Positions 30,701 to 39,362 of a stretch of DNA of 64,000 bases are shown here, one piece after another. Numbering within the stretch: the stretch's first letter is position 1; each line of letters starts with the position of its first letter. The DNA comes from an uncultured Verrucomicrobiae bacterium (GTDB lineage: Bacteria > Verrucomicrobiota > Verrucomicrobiia > Chthoniobacterales > JAFAMB01). The notes beneath the pieces are model-generated. The model had not been told where the DNA came from and searched no databases. It saw only the letters and a program-made list of their open reading frames with translations. Both the position numbers and the translations under genes were made by a program. Location: NCBI GenBank assembly GCA_963762565.1, contig CAVXLD010000011.1, positions 64,001 through 128,000 on the forward strand. Direction: 5' to 3'.

Positions 30701-30927
30701 GGCCCGTTCTCATGACCGCTTTGGCCATGATCATCGGTATGGTGCCCATGGCGCTAGGCCTGGGGGAGGGCGGTGAACAAAACGCGCCGCTCGGCCGGGC
30801 AGTCATCGGTGGACTCCTGTTTGCGACCGCGGCCACACTTTTCTTTGTACCCACCGTCTTCATGCTGGCCCGGAAACGGCAGTCGTCCCGGACCGGATCG
30901 AGCTCTCCAGAACCTGCGGCCGCTTAA
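27739..30927 (+). CDS. RND efflux permease (AcrB/AcrD/AcrF family)
   Basis: 1062 aa; [55 protein letters not shown]. Confidence 0.95.
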   Translation: [1062 protein letters not shown]

Positions 30928-30954
30928 ATTTGAAGAATTAGACTAACAAACGAT

Positions 30955-32208
30955 ATGGATGGAAGCATTCTGGAAGTCGAGCCGGACAAATCGGCTCAAC
31001 CCACGGCGCGTGTGGATCAGCGACCTAAAGCAGCGCGTTCCGGGGTGATTAAACTGACCATTGTGGTTTGCCTGGCAGTTTCTGTTCTGTTGGCAGTCAC
31101 CGGTATTATGTCTCGCTCCGCCTCAACGGCGGCCTTACAGCAGCAAACTAACCAGGCCGCTGAACCGACGGTCGCGGTGGTGGCGCCGGAGAAAGCACCC
31201 GCCACAGTTTCTGTTGATCTCCCTGGTCAAACTCAAGCTTATACTGAAGCACCAATTTTTGCCCAGACCACCGGCTACGTGAAGAAGTGGTACTTCGATA
31301 TCGGTGCGAAGGTTAGAGCCGGCGACATCCTGGCCGAAATTGATACTCCTCAGGTCGACCAAGATTTGAACCAGGCCAAGGCCAACTTAGCGCAAGCTCA
31401 GGCGGCTCTGGATCTGTCCCGGGTTACTTTCCGGCGGGACCAGGATCTCCTGGAACGAAAAGTGATTGCCCAGCAGGATTTCGATACCGCGTCGAGCGAT
31501 TTGCACTCGAAGGAGGCGACCGTAAATGCCAACGCCGCTGCCGTTTCCCGATTGCAAGCCTTGGAAGATTTTAAGATTGTCCGGGCGCCTTTTGACGGGA
31601 TCGTCACTCGCCGAAATACGGACATTGGTCAGATTGTTAACTCGGGATCAGGAACGCCGCTTTTTGATGTGGCCCAAGTTTCGCCGCTGCGGATCTACGT
31701 GAACGTACCGGAGGCCATGGCAGGATATGTTCGAATCGGTGGCCCAGCTCATGTAACCTTTAGCGCCTTTCCCGGACAAAAGTTTTCCGGACACGTTGTC
31801 AGGACAGCGCAGGCTATCGACCCTGCTTCTCGGACATTACTGACCGAGATCGATGTCGCTAATGATTCTGGCCAACTTTTGCCTGGAGCCTATTCGCCGG
31901 TTCATTTGGAAACCGAGGGACCCAGTTCGTTGCTGGTCCCTTCGAGCTCTCTCCTTTTCAGGTCGGAAGGAGCATCGCTTGGGGTTGTTGGATCAGACAA
32001 CCGGGTTCAAATCAAGAAGGTTACGATCGGCCGCGATTTAGGGAGCAAATTGGAGATTGTGAGTGGGCTTTCACCCACGGACCGGATCGTGGTGAATCCA
32101 GTGGATGGTTTGGCTAACGGGACGCTTGTTCGTGTGCAGGGCTCAAACGGGCAGGAAACGCAAAAACTTAGCGAAAGTGTGGCAAGCAAAACAATTTCCG
32201 GGGGCTAA
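30955..32208 (+). CDS. RND periplasmic adaptor (MFP)
   Basis: N-terminal TM, lipoyl half-motifs GAKVRAGDILAEID and IVRAPFDGIVT, IDPASRTL. Confidence 0.93.
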   Translation: MDGSILEVEPDKSAQPTARVDQRPKAARSGVIKLTIVVCLAVSVLLAVTGIMSRSASTAALQQQTNQAAEPTVAVVAPEKAPATVSVDLPGQTQAYTEAPIFAQTTGYVKKWYFDIGAKVRAGDILAEIDTPQVDQDLNQAKANLAQAQAALDLSRVTFRRDQDLLERKVIAQQDFDTASSDLHSKEATVNANAAAVSRLQALEDFKIVRAPFDGIVTRRNTDIGQIVNSGSGTPLFDVAQVSPLRIYVNVPEAMAGYVRIGGPAHVTFSAFPGQKFSGHVVRTAQAIDPASRTLLTEIDVANDSGQLLPGAYSPVHLETEGPSSLLVPSSSLLFRSEGASLGVVGSDNRVQIKKVTIGRDLGSKLEIVSGLSPTDRIVVNPVDGLANGTLVRVQGSNGQETQKLSESVASKTISGG

Positions 32209-32327
32209 AAGCCTGAATGGCCGCGGATCGACGCCGATTCGAGCTCATGTGAATGACTCGTCAAATGATGCTCATGACGATCCGCGCCATTCAGGCTACC
32301 TCTGAACCACAGATCGAAGATGAAATT

Positions 32328-32479
32328 ATCCGCAGATTACACAGATTACGCAGATTTCGTTTTGCGGCTCCGCTCCAGCGCAAAACTAACGAAAACGCGA
32401 TACCGCCAGAAGATGTTTTAGCTCACCGGCAGTATTCAACCTTAAGGAGTAATCTGCGAAATCTGCGTAATCTGCGGAT
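32328..32479. repeat. Empty 9-mer-armed element of the same family as the GxxExxY arms
   Basis: ATCCGCAGATTACACAGATTACGCAGATT (32328-32356) and AATCTGCGAAATCTGCGTAATCTGCGGAT (32451-32479). Confidence 0.85.
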
Positions 32480-32591
32480 TTAAAAACGGTTTTAGTTAGG
32501 AAACGAAATGTTCAACAATTCAGCGATTAATGGCCTGCATTGCTCGGAGATGTATGCGTCCCACGACCGTGGGGTGGGCGCGGCAGGCTAA

Positions 32592-33869
32592 ATGCGAGAG
32601 ATATCAGTTAAACATCCGCGGTTTAGAATCGGTCCACAATCCAAGTCGTTCATCTTCTTGTTGGCGGCGAGCATTGCGTTACCCTCTCTTTCGATCGATT
32701 CATGCCTGGCATCGTTGCCAGTCATCGGCGTTTCCCTGGGTGTACACGCAGGCGACACCGTCTCTATTTTGAGCCTTTTCATGGTTGGGTTTGCGGGTGG
32801 CCAACTCGCCTTCGGTCCGCTATCGGACCGAATCGGACGTCGCCCCGCGCTTCTTTTGGGTTGCGTTCTCTTTGCCGTTGCGGCGCTTGGTTGTGCCTGT
32901 GCGCCCACGCTGACCGTCCTGGCTTTCTGGCGATTTGTTCAGGGACTGGGAGCTGCCGCTGGATCGGTTATTACGTTTGCCATCATCCGTGACCGTTTCT
33001 CCGGAGCCGCCGCCCGTTCCCGTCTATCTTACATTAGCGTGGTCGGCACTATTGCTCCGATCGTGGCCCCCACTCTCGGCGGTTTGATCGCCACTTGGGA
33101 AGGCTGGCGGGCCGTCTTTTTCTGGCTCGCCGCCGCAGCTGCACTCCTGGTCATCATCCTTCTCCTCGGTCTTGAAGAATCCTTGCCGAGTCGGAACCGC
33201 CATGCTTTGCAACCACGACATCTGGTCAAGAATTACTGGCGCGTCTTGTCTCGTCGAACCTGCCTTCTGTATTTGCTGATCGGCGGGTTCAGTTTTGGAG
33301 CGCTCTTTGCTTATGTAAGCGGCTCAGCTTTTGTGTTCATCGATGTCTTTCGAGTCGATCCACGGATCTTTGGCGCTCTTTTCGCGGTAAACGCATTTGC
33401 CATAGCCGTGGGCGCGTTCACCGGCGGCCGGCTGAGTACCCGCGGCGTTTCGGCAAATCGGTTAATTATCGCCGGCCTGCTCATCTCGTTTTGTGCGACG
33501 GCCGGGTTATTCGGTGGCGCAATCTGGGGATGGCTCAATGCGTTCTCGATCATGCCTCTCCTGGTTCTCAATACTTTCTCGATGGGGTTAGTCACGCCGA
33601 ACGCCGTCCATGGTGTCATGGAACCAATGCCCAGAATTGCCGGTGTCGCTTCCTCGGCATTCGGCGGTATCCGGATGCTCGGAGGCGCCATCTCGAGCGA
33701 ATTCGTAGCCATATTGTATCACGGAACGCCGGCTGCCATGGGTGAAACCATGGCCCTGTTTGCTGCCTGCGCTCTGTTTGTCGGCCTTCTCTTAATTCAG
33801 CCGCGACGGAACCAAGGGGAGCGCCGGGAACGAGCACAACCGATCGCGAACGCCCTTAACGCGCGATAG
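32592..33869 (+). CDS. Bcr/CflA-family MFS efflux transporter
   Basis: LSIDSCLASLP, GQLAFGPLSDRIGRRPALL, RFVQGLG, APIVAPTLGG, LEESLP. Confidence 0.9.
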   Translation: MREISVKHPRFRIGPQSKSFIFLLAASIALPSLSIDSCLASLPVIGVSLGVHAGDTVSILSLFMVGFAGGQLAFGPLSDRIGRRPALLLGCVLFAVAALGCACAPTLTVLAFWRFVQGLGAAAGSVITFAIIRDRFSGAAARSRLSYISVVGTIAPIVAPTLGGLIATWEGWRAVFFWLAAAAALLVIILLLGLEESLPSRNRHALQPRHLVKNYWRVLSRRTCLLYLLIGGFSFGALFAYVSGSAFVFIDVFRVDPRIFGALFAVNAFAIAVGAFTGGRLSTRGVSANRLIIAGLLISFCATAGLFGGAIWGWLNAFSIMPLLVLNTFSMGLVTPNAVHGVMEPMPRIAGVASSAFGGIRMLGGAISSEFVAILYHGTPAAMGETMALFAACALFVGLLLIQPRRNQGERRERAQPIANALNAR

Positions 33870-33884
33870 GGGCGCCAAAATTGG

Positions 33885-34064
33885 GGAGGGCGCGCGTCCC
33901 CGCGCGCCGCGAGGAAGTGCCACAACCCAAAAGCGTATTGCCGTCAGTGATCACGACGCGTCCTCGGTTTCGGTAATAACGGATCGCGAGGATCCGACGT
34001 CGCCAGCCCTGGGGAAGAGGAAGCGGGTAACAGACGGCTATGTCGGACAGGCAGCGATCCCTCC
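33885..34064. repeat. GGAG-REP doublet (family A) with nested palindrome
   Basis: Same ends and interior as the 21711 copy. TCCGACGTCGCC...GGCTATGTCGGACAGGCA is inserted in the second hairpin. Confidence 0.8.
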
Positions 34065-34100
34065 CGGGCGATGGGCCTGCACTCGCGGAAAAATCCGAAC

Positions 34101-34150
34101 TTGACCTTTACCTAACGCGTGTTAGCTGTGCAGAAACTAACACGCGTTAG
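34101..34150 (+). promoter_or_regulatory. Promoter with two LacI-type operators upstream of the sugar ABC operon
   Basis: -35 TTGACC at 34101. Near-palindromes CTAACGCGTGTTAG (34112-34125) and CTAACACGCGTTAG (34137-34150) are reverse complements of each other. A LacI gene ends the cluster. Confidence 0.7.
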
Positions 34151-34271
34151 CTAGCGAGATTTCCCCCCAGAAAATGCTCGGTCTCTCCCCATTGCCAATG
34201 ACCATCCACCAGTCACCAATCACTAATCACTAATCACATCCCCACCTTCGCGTCGCCTTCCAAATCCCCCT

Positions 34272-35228
34272 ATGTCTGTGCGCGCACAACCCAAGGCTAC
34301 CTCGCTACCTCAGCCCTCTGACTCTCGGCCTCGTCGTTCGTCTTCCTTTTTCCGCGCTCTTCGTTTCAGAGAATCTTATGCGGCTTGGATCTTTATCGCT
34401 CCGGCGGTAATCGGCTTCTTCACTTTCTATCTAATGCCGGCTTTCAGAGCGCTCTACATTAGCTCGACCGATTGGAACCTGCTGCGCGCTCCAAAATTCA
34501 TCGGCGCAGCCAACTTCTCGAAACTCTGGAATGACTCCGCCTTTTGGGAATCGATGAAGGTCACGCTGCTCTACGTGATCTACAATATCCCGATCCAAAC
34601 CGTCATCGGTCTGCTGTTAGCAGCGCTGCTCGCCCGCTTGGGGCGATCGGTAGTGCTTCGTTCAATGATCCTGGCTCCCTACCTGATCGCGAACGTTATC
34701 GCCGCGATCATCTGGTTTTGGATGCTCGATCCTCTACTGGGCTTTGGGAATGCTGTATTGCACTGGATCGGGATCGGCCGGGTCGCGTTTTTCAGCGACC
34801 AGCATCTGGCGTTGCCGACCGTCGCCATGGTCAACATTTGGCGACACATGGGATTAACGGCATTGCTGTTCTACACCGGGATGCAGGCCATCCCGAGGGA
34901 TATCTATGAAGCCGCCAAAATAGAAGGAGCGGGGCCCTGGAGAAACTTTTTTGGCATCACCTTGCCCTTGATTCGGCCAACCATGGTGTTCGTTCTGGTC
35001 ACCAGTATCATCGGGTCATTTCAAGTCTTTGATACGATCGCTGTAACCACCCTGGGCGGGCCGAACTACGCTACTCGAACCATCGTCTGGTACATCTACG
35101 AAAACGGCTTCGTTAACTTCCGGATGGGATACGCCTCTGCGCTATCATGCGCTCTCTTCGTGTGTCTTGCCATCGTCACATTAGTGCAAATGCGGATCCT
35201 TCGTTCCGGCCAATCAGAACTCGGATGA
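34272..35228 (+). CDS. Carbohydrate ABC transporter permease (CUT1, MalF/UgpA-like)
   Basis: EAA loop IPRDIYEAAKIEGAG..F.GITLPLIRP; MGYASALS. Confidence 0.93.
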   Translation: MSVRAQPKATSLPQPSDSRPRRSSSFFRALRFRESYAAWIFIAPAVIGFFTFYLMPAFRALYISSTDWNLLRAPKFIGAANFSKLWNDSAFWESMKVTLLYVIYNIPIQTVIGLLLAALLARLGRSVVLRSMILAPYLIANVIAAIIWFWMLDPLLGFGNAVLHWIGIGRVAFFSDQHLALPTVAMVNIWRHMGLTALLFYTGMQAIPRDIYEAAKIEGAGPWRNFFGITLPLIRPTMVFVLVTSIIGSFQVFDTIAVTTLGGPNYATRTIVWYIYENGFVNFRMGYASALSCALFVCLAIVTLVQMRILRSGQSELG

Positions 35229-35243
35229 ATACAAAACAAAAGC

Positions 35244-35449
35244 TGAACCGCGAATGGACACGAATGGACGCGAAGGTGGTCACTGACCAGGGAGGGATCG
35301 CGTCCCCGCGATCCGCCGTTCGCGAAGTTTCAACGCCGATTGCCATCCAATGGCTAAGCTAGACCCAAGCGCTACGAACGGCTTCGAGGCGCGCGAGGAC
35401 GCGCGCCCTCCTGGGTTTGAGGCGCCGACGCGTGTCCATTCGGGGTTCA
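35244..35449. repeat. 9-mer-armed element with nested family A REP doublet in the 5' end of the second permease
   Basis: TGAACCGCGAATGGACACG (35244-35262) and CGTGTCCATTCGGGGTTCA (35431-35449) match at 18/19. Family A copy at 35291-35411. Confidence 0.8.
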
Positions 35450-36315
35450 AATTTTCTGTCTGGGTCGGGTGGGGGATATTGGTCGTGTTTGCCATTGTCT
35501 CGCTTGGCCCAATGTGGATCGCGGTCAAGACCGCACTAAGCGATAGCAGCACGCTCTTCACCGGCGCGAGCTCCCTGCTGCCTCAACAGCCCACGCTTTT
35601 TAATTTCGAGCGTGTCATTGGCCTGGTGAATCCCAACGATCCGCGTCTCCAACAAACCAGCTTCGGCAAGGTTGACTTCTACCGGGCGCTGATGAATAGC
35701 GCTGCTTTTACTCTATTAGCCGTGGTCCCCCAAATCGCTTTCAGCGCTATGGCGGCTTTTGCCTTCGCGCGCCTTCGATTTTTTGGACGCAGACTAATCT
35801 TCTTCCTTTTTTTGGCTGCCACCATGATTCCTAGCGTGGTCCTCTTCATTCCCAATTTCATTCTGATCAAAGACCTCGGTTGGTTGAACACCTATCAAGG
35901 CATGGCGGCGCCGTACGCTTTGATGACGCCATTCGCGGTGTTTTTCTTGCGTCAGATGTTTCTATCTACGCCAAGAGAACTTGAAGAATCCGCCCTCATC
36001 GACGGCGCTTGCTATTTCACCATTTTCTTTCGGGTGGTACTCCCGGTGCATCGGTCGGCACTTGCTACCTTGACGATTCTGGCGGCACTGAATGCCTGGA
36101 ACGACTTCTTCTGGCCGTTCCTGGTCGGACGAGATCGCTCAATTCAAGTGATGGCGGTAGCCATTAACTCTTTCCGCGCGCAGCAAGCCGGCGGCGTGCC
36201 GGATTGGAGCGGTCTCATGGCCTGCACCGTTCTCGGTATCGTCCCGGTCGCCATCCTGCTTGTTCTCTTCGGACGCAAAGTAGTCGAATCCTTACAATAC
36301 ACCGGCTTCCGATAG
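35350..36315 (+). CDS. Carbohydrate ABC transporter permease (MalG/UgpE-like); start uncertain
   Basis: AAFAFARLRF.GR, LRQMFLSTPRELEESALIDGA, AWNDFFWP. The first about 33 aa are repeat-derived; the ancestral start is probably ATG 35225. Confidence 0.9.
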   Translation: MAKLDPSATNGFEAREDARPPGFEAPTRVHSGFKFSVWVGWGILVVFAIVSLGPMWIAVKTALSDSSTLFTGASSLLPQQPTLFNFERVIGLVNPNDPRLQQTSFGKVDFYRALMNSAAFTLLAVVPQIAFSAMAAFAFARLRFFGRRLIFFLFLAATMIPSVVLFIPNFILIKDLGWLNTYQGMAAPYALMTPFAVFFLRQMFLSTPRELEESALIDGACYFTIFFRVVLPVHRSALATLTILAALNAWNDFFWPFLVGRDRSIQVMAVAINSFRAQQAGGVPDWSGLMACTVLGIVPVAILLVLFGRKVVESLQYTGFR

Positions 36316-36335
36316 CGCGAGCGCTACGCGCATAC

Positions 36336-36470
36336 CCAATAGCCAATAGCCAATGACAAATGACAAATGACAGAATGCCAAAAGCGCTACCAACGACTAA
36401 CCACTAGCCACTAACGACCAACCACCAATCACCAATCACCAATCACCAATCACTAATCACCTTTCACCTT
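36336..36470 (+). repeat. One-sided mixed heptamer arrays
   Basis: CCAATAG, AATGACA, CCACTAA and CCAATCA units between the permease and SBP1. Similar one-sided arrays at 34194-34238, 37827-37858, 39185-39222, 40770-40830, 51420-51465 and 56131-56162. Confidence 0.8.
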
Positions 36471-36499
36471 CACCCCCACCTCCCCCCCACCTCCCCCTC

Positions 36500-37810
36500 A
36501 TGACCTCCCTGACTAAAGTACTGCTTGCGGCCAGCTTCGTGGCAGGGATTCCGGCACAGGGCGCAACGGAAATTAATTATTGGTTATGGGATAGTAACCA
36601 GCAACCCTCCTACCAAGCGTGTGCAGACGCGTTCGAGAAGGAAAATCCCGACATTAAAGTCAAAATCACCCAAACCGGGTGGTTTGATTACTGGACGTCA
36701 CTAAGTACAGCTTTTGTTTCCGGAACGGCACCGGACGTTTTCTGGGATCATCTGTCCCGCTATCCGGAGTTTATTGATAACGGCTTGCTTGTGGATCTCT
36801 CTCCGCTGATCGCTCGCGATCACGTACCGACAGATATCTACGTCGGCGGGTTAGTAAAAGTGTGGGGTAGGGACGGAAAGCAATACGGCCTACCGAAAGA
36901 CTGGGATACGATCGGGATCGTTTACAACGCGGACTTGCTCAAGAAGGCGGGCGTCGATCCTAAATCGTTGTGGGACCTGGATTGGAACCCAAAAGATGGC
37001 GGCTCTTTCGGCCAGCTTCTGGCCAAACTGACCGTTGATGAGGCCGGCAAGAACGGTTTGGATCCGGGCTTCACTCCGAAAGCCGTCAAGCAATACGGTC
37101 TGCTATTGAATGGGTTGTCAGACGGTCTCGGACACGAGGAATGGGCGAACTTCGCTGCTTCTGTGGGCTGGAATTATTGTGACGCTCCCTGGGCCACTCA
37201 TTTTTATTATGACGATCCTAAATTAGTAGCCACGATCCAATGGTTCGCCGAGATGAGTCTGAAAAAGGGGTTCATCGTGCCGGCAAAAGACGCTCGGCAA
37301 GCCCAAGCTACAGGCCTCTTTGCAGCCCAGAAAGGTGCTCTTGCCCTGACCGGATCATGGTTAGTTCATTGGTTCACGGAGAACTGTAAGTTTCCCATCG
37401 GGTTCGCTCCGTTGCCTAAAGGCCCGGTAGGCCGACGATCGGTAATCAATGGTCTCGCTGATTCCATTTGGGTTGGTAGTAAACACCAGGAAGAGGCTTG
37501 GAAATGGGTCAAGTTTCTTGCTTCTCCGGAAGCCCAAAAAATTGTGGGCAGCTATGGGATTGTCTTCCCGGCAATACCCGAAGCCGCGGAGATTTCTGAG
37601 AAAAAGATGGCTTCTAAGGGAGTCGACGTTTCGGCTTTTATGGAAGAAGGGAAAGCGCCAGGAGGGACTTTCTTTCTGCCGATCTCGGAGCACAGCAGCG
37701 ATGTAGTCCGGATCTTACGAGCAAATTTCGATTCTATCTTTCTAAACGGAACAGACCCGGCCACCGGCCTGGCCGCCGCGAACAAAGAGATCAACGCGCT
37801 GTTTCAATAA
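36500..37810 (+). CDS. Sugar ABC substrate-binding protein 1
   Basis: Signal peptide, FEKENPDIKVK, GTAPDV, DGKQYGLPKD, SKHQEEAWKWVKFL. Confidence 0.92.
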   Translation: MTSLTKVLLAASFVAGIPAQGATEINYWLWDSNQQPSYQACADAFEKENPDIKVKITQTGWFDYWTSLSTAFVSGTAPDVFWDHLSRYPEFIDNGLLVDLSPLIARDHVPTDIYVGGLVKVWGRDGKQYGLPKDWDTIGIVYNADLLKKAGVDPKSLWDLDWNPKDGGSFGQLLAKLTVDEAGKNGLDPGFTPKAVKQYGLLLNGLSDGLGHEEWANFAASVGWNYCDAPWATHFYYDDPKLVATIQWFAEMSLKKGFIVPAKDARQAQATGLFAAQKGALALTGSWLVHWFTENCKFPIGFAPLPKGPVGRRSVINGLADSIWVGSKHQEEAWKWVKFLASPEAQKIVGSYGIVFPAIPEAAEISEKKMASKGVDVSAFMEEGKAPGGTFFLPISEHSSDVVRILRANFDSIFLNGTDPATGLAAANKEINALFQ

Positions 37811-37880
37811 TCACTGTGTGCTTTTGCCACCAATCACCAATCACTTCTCACCCCTCACGAAAAAACAAACACCCCCGAAT

Positions 37881-39191
37881 ATGCGAAACCTAAATAGAAT
37901 CCTGATCCTGGCCAGCTTAGTTGCCGCCGGGATTTCAGCCAAGGCGGTTACCGAGATCACCTACTGGTTGTGGGATAACAATCAGCTGCCTGCTTACCAG
38001 GCCTGTGCGGCCGAGTTCGAAAAGCAGAACCCGGACATCAAAGTCAAGATTACCCAAACCGGCTGGTTTGATTATTGGAACTCGTTGAATACCGCGTTCG
38101 TTTCCGGTACCGCTCCGGATGTGATTACCAACCATCTGGCGCGCTACCCGGAATTTATTCAAAACAATCTGTTAGTCGATCTGGCCCCTTTGATTGCCCG
38201 AGACAAAGTGCCGACTAACATTTACCTGGGCGACCTGGTGAAGGTCTGGGGTCGGAATGGTAAACAATATGGCTTACCTAAAGATTGGGACACGATCGGG
38301 ATTGTGTACAACAAAGCGATGTTAGAGAAAGCTGGCATCGATCCGAAATCCTTATGGAACCTGGATTGGAATCCCAAAGACGGCGGCACGTTTGGCCAGG
38401 TCATTGCAAAACTGACATTGGATGCAAATGGCAAAAACGCGTTAGAACCCGGCTTCGACCCTAAGAACGTCAAGCAGTACGGTTTCTTAATCAATGGACA
38501 GGTGGATGGATACGGACAGGTGGAATGGAGCCATTTCGCCGTGTCGGACGGCTTCAAGTTCAACGATGGCCCGTGGGCCACTCACTTGAACTATGATGAT
38601 CCGAAGTTGGCCGAGACTATCCAGTGGATTGCTGGCGAGATGAAGAAGGGGATTATCGTACCGGCAGCCGATGCTCGGCAGGCGGGTAACAGCGGTCTAT
38701 TTGCGGCCCAAAAGGGTGCCATGGGTCTAGACGGGGACTGGATGGTGCATTGGTACACCGAGAACGCGAAATTTGAGATCGGGTTTGCGCCGTTACCAAA
38801 AGGCCCTGTCGGGCGACGAACGATGTTCAATGGTCTAGCTGACTCGATCTGGGTTGGCAGTAAACATCAGGCCGAAGCCTGGAAGTGGGTCAAATTCTTG
38901 GCATCACCTGAAGCTCAGAAGATTGTGGGGAGCTACGGCGTAGTCTTCCCGGCGGTACCCGATGCCACCGAGATTGCCAAAACTAAAATGGCTGCAAAAG
39001 GTGTCGACGTTTCCGCCTTTGTCGAAGAAGCGACGGATCCCAAAGCTACCTTCCTGTTCCCGATCACCGACCACGCCAGCGATATCAATCGGATTATGTC
39101 GGCAGCTTTTGACGCCATCTATCTGAACGGAGCAGATGCAGCCACCACCTTTAAAGCAGCCAATACAGAGGTAAATGCCCTGTTCCAATGA
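37881..39191 (+). CDS. Sugar ABC substrate-binding protein 2 (tandem paralog)
   Basis: Colinear with and highly similar to SBP1. ATG at 37881. Confidence 0.92.
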   Translation: MRNLNRILILASLVAAGISAKAVTEITYWLWDNNQLPAYQACAAEFEKQNPDIKVKITQTGWFDYWNSLNTAFVSGTAPDVITNHLARYPEFIQNNLLVDLAPLIARDKVPTNIYLGDLVKVWGRNGKQYGLPKDWDTIGIVYNKAMLEKAGIDPKSLWNLDWNPKDGGTFGQVIAKLTLDANGKNALEPGFDPKNVKQYGFLINGQVDGYGQVEWSHFAVSDGFKFNDGPWATHLNYDDPKLAETIQWIAGEMKKGIIVPAADARQAGNSGLFAAQKGAMGLDGDWMVHWYTENAKFEIGFAPLPKGPVGRRTMFNGLADSIWVGSKHQAEAWKWVKFLASPEAQKIVGSYGVVFPAVPDATEIAKTKMAAKGVDVSAFVEEATDPKATFLFPITDHASDINRIMSAAFDAIYLNGADAATTFKAANTEVNALFQ

Positions 39192-39362
39192 CAGAATGAC
39201 AGATAACAAATGACAGATGACAGCTGGTTTTCGGTCCAGCGCGGCGGCCATCGGCCGCCAGGGCCGCACTGCGCCTACTCCGTCCACTCCGTCCACTGAA
39301 TATACCGAGCTGCTGACTGCCACGCGCCCCCCGAACGCCCTCTCACCTAAACCAAGACCCTC

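Noticed and set aside
32253..32483. 76-aa ORF with RLHRLRR/LRNLRNLR
   Set aside because: It is a translation of 9-mer arms. The same applies to ORFs 3951-4277, 24021-24443 and 51205-51435.
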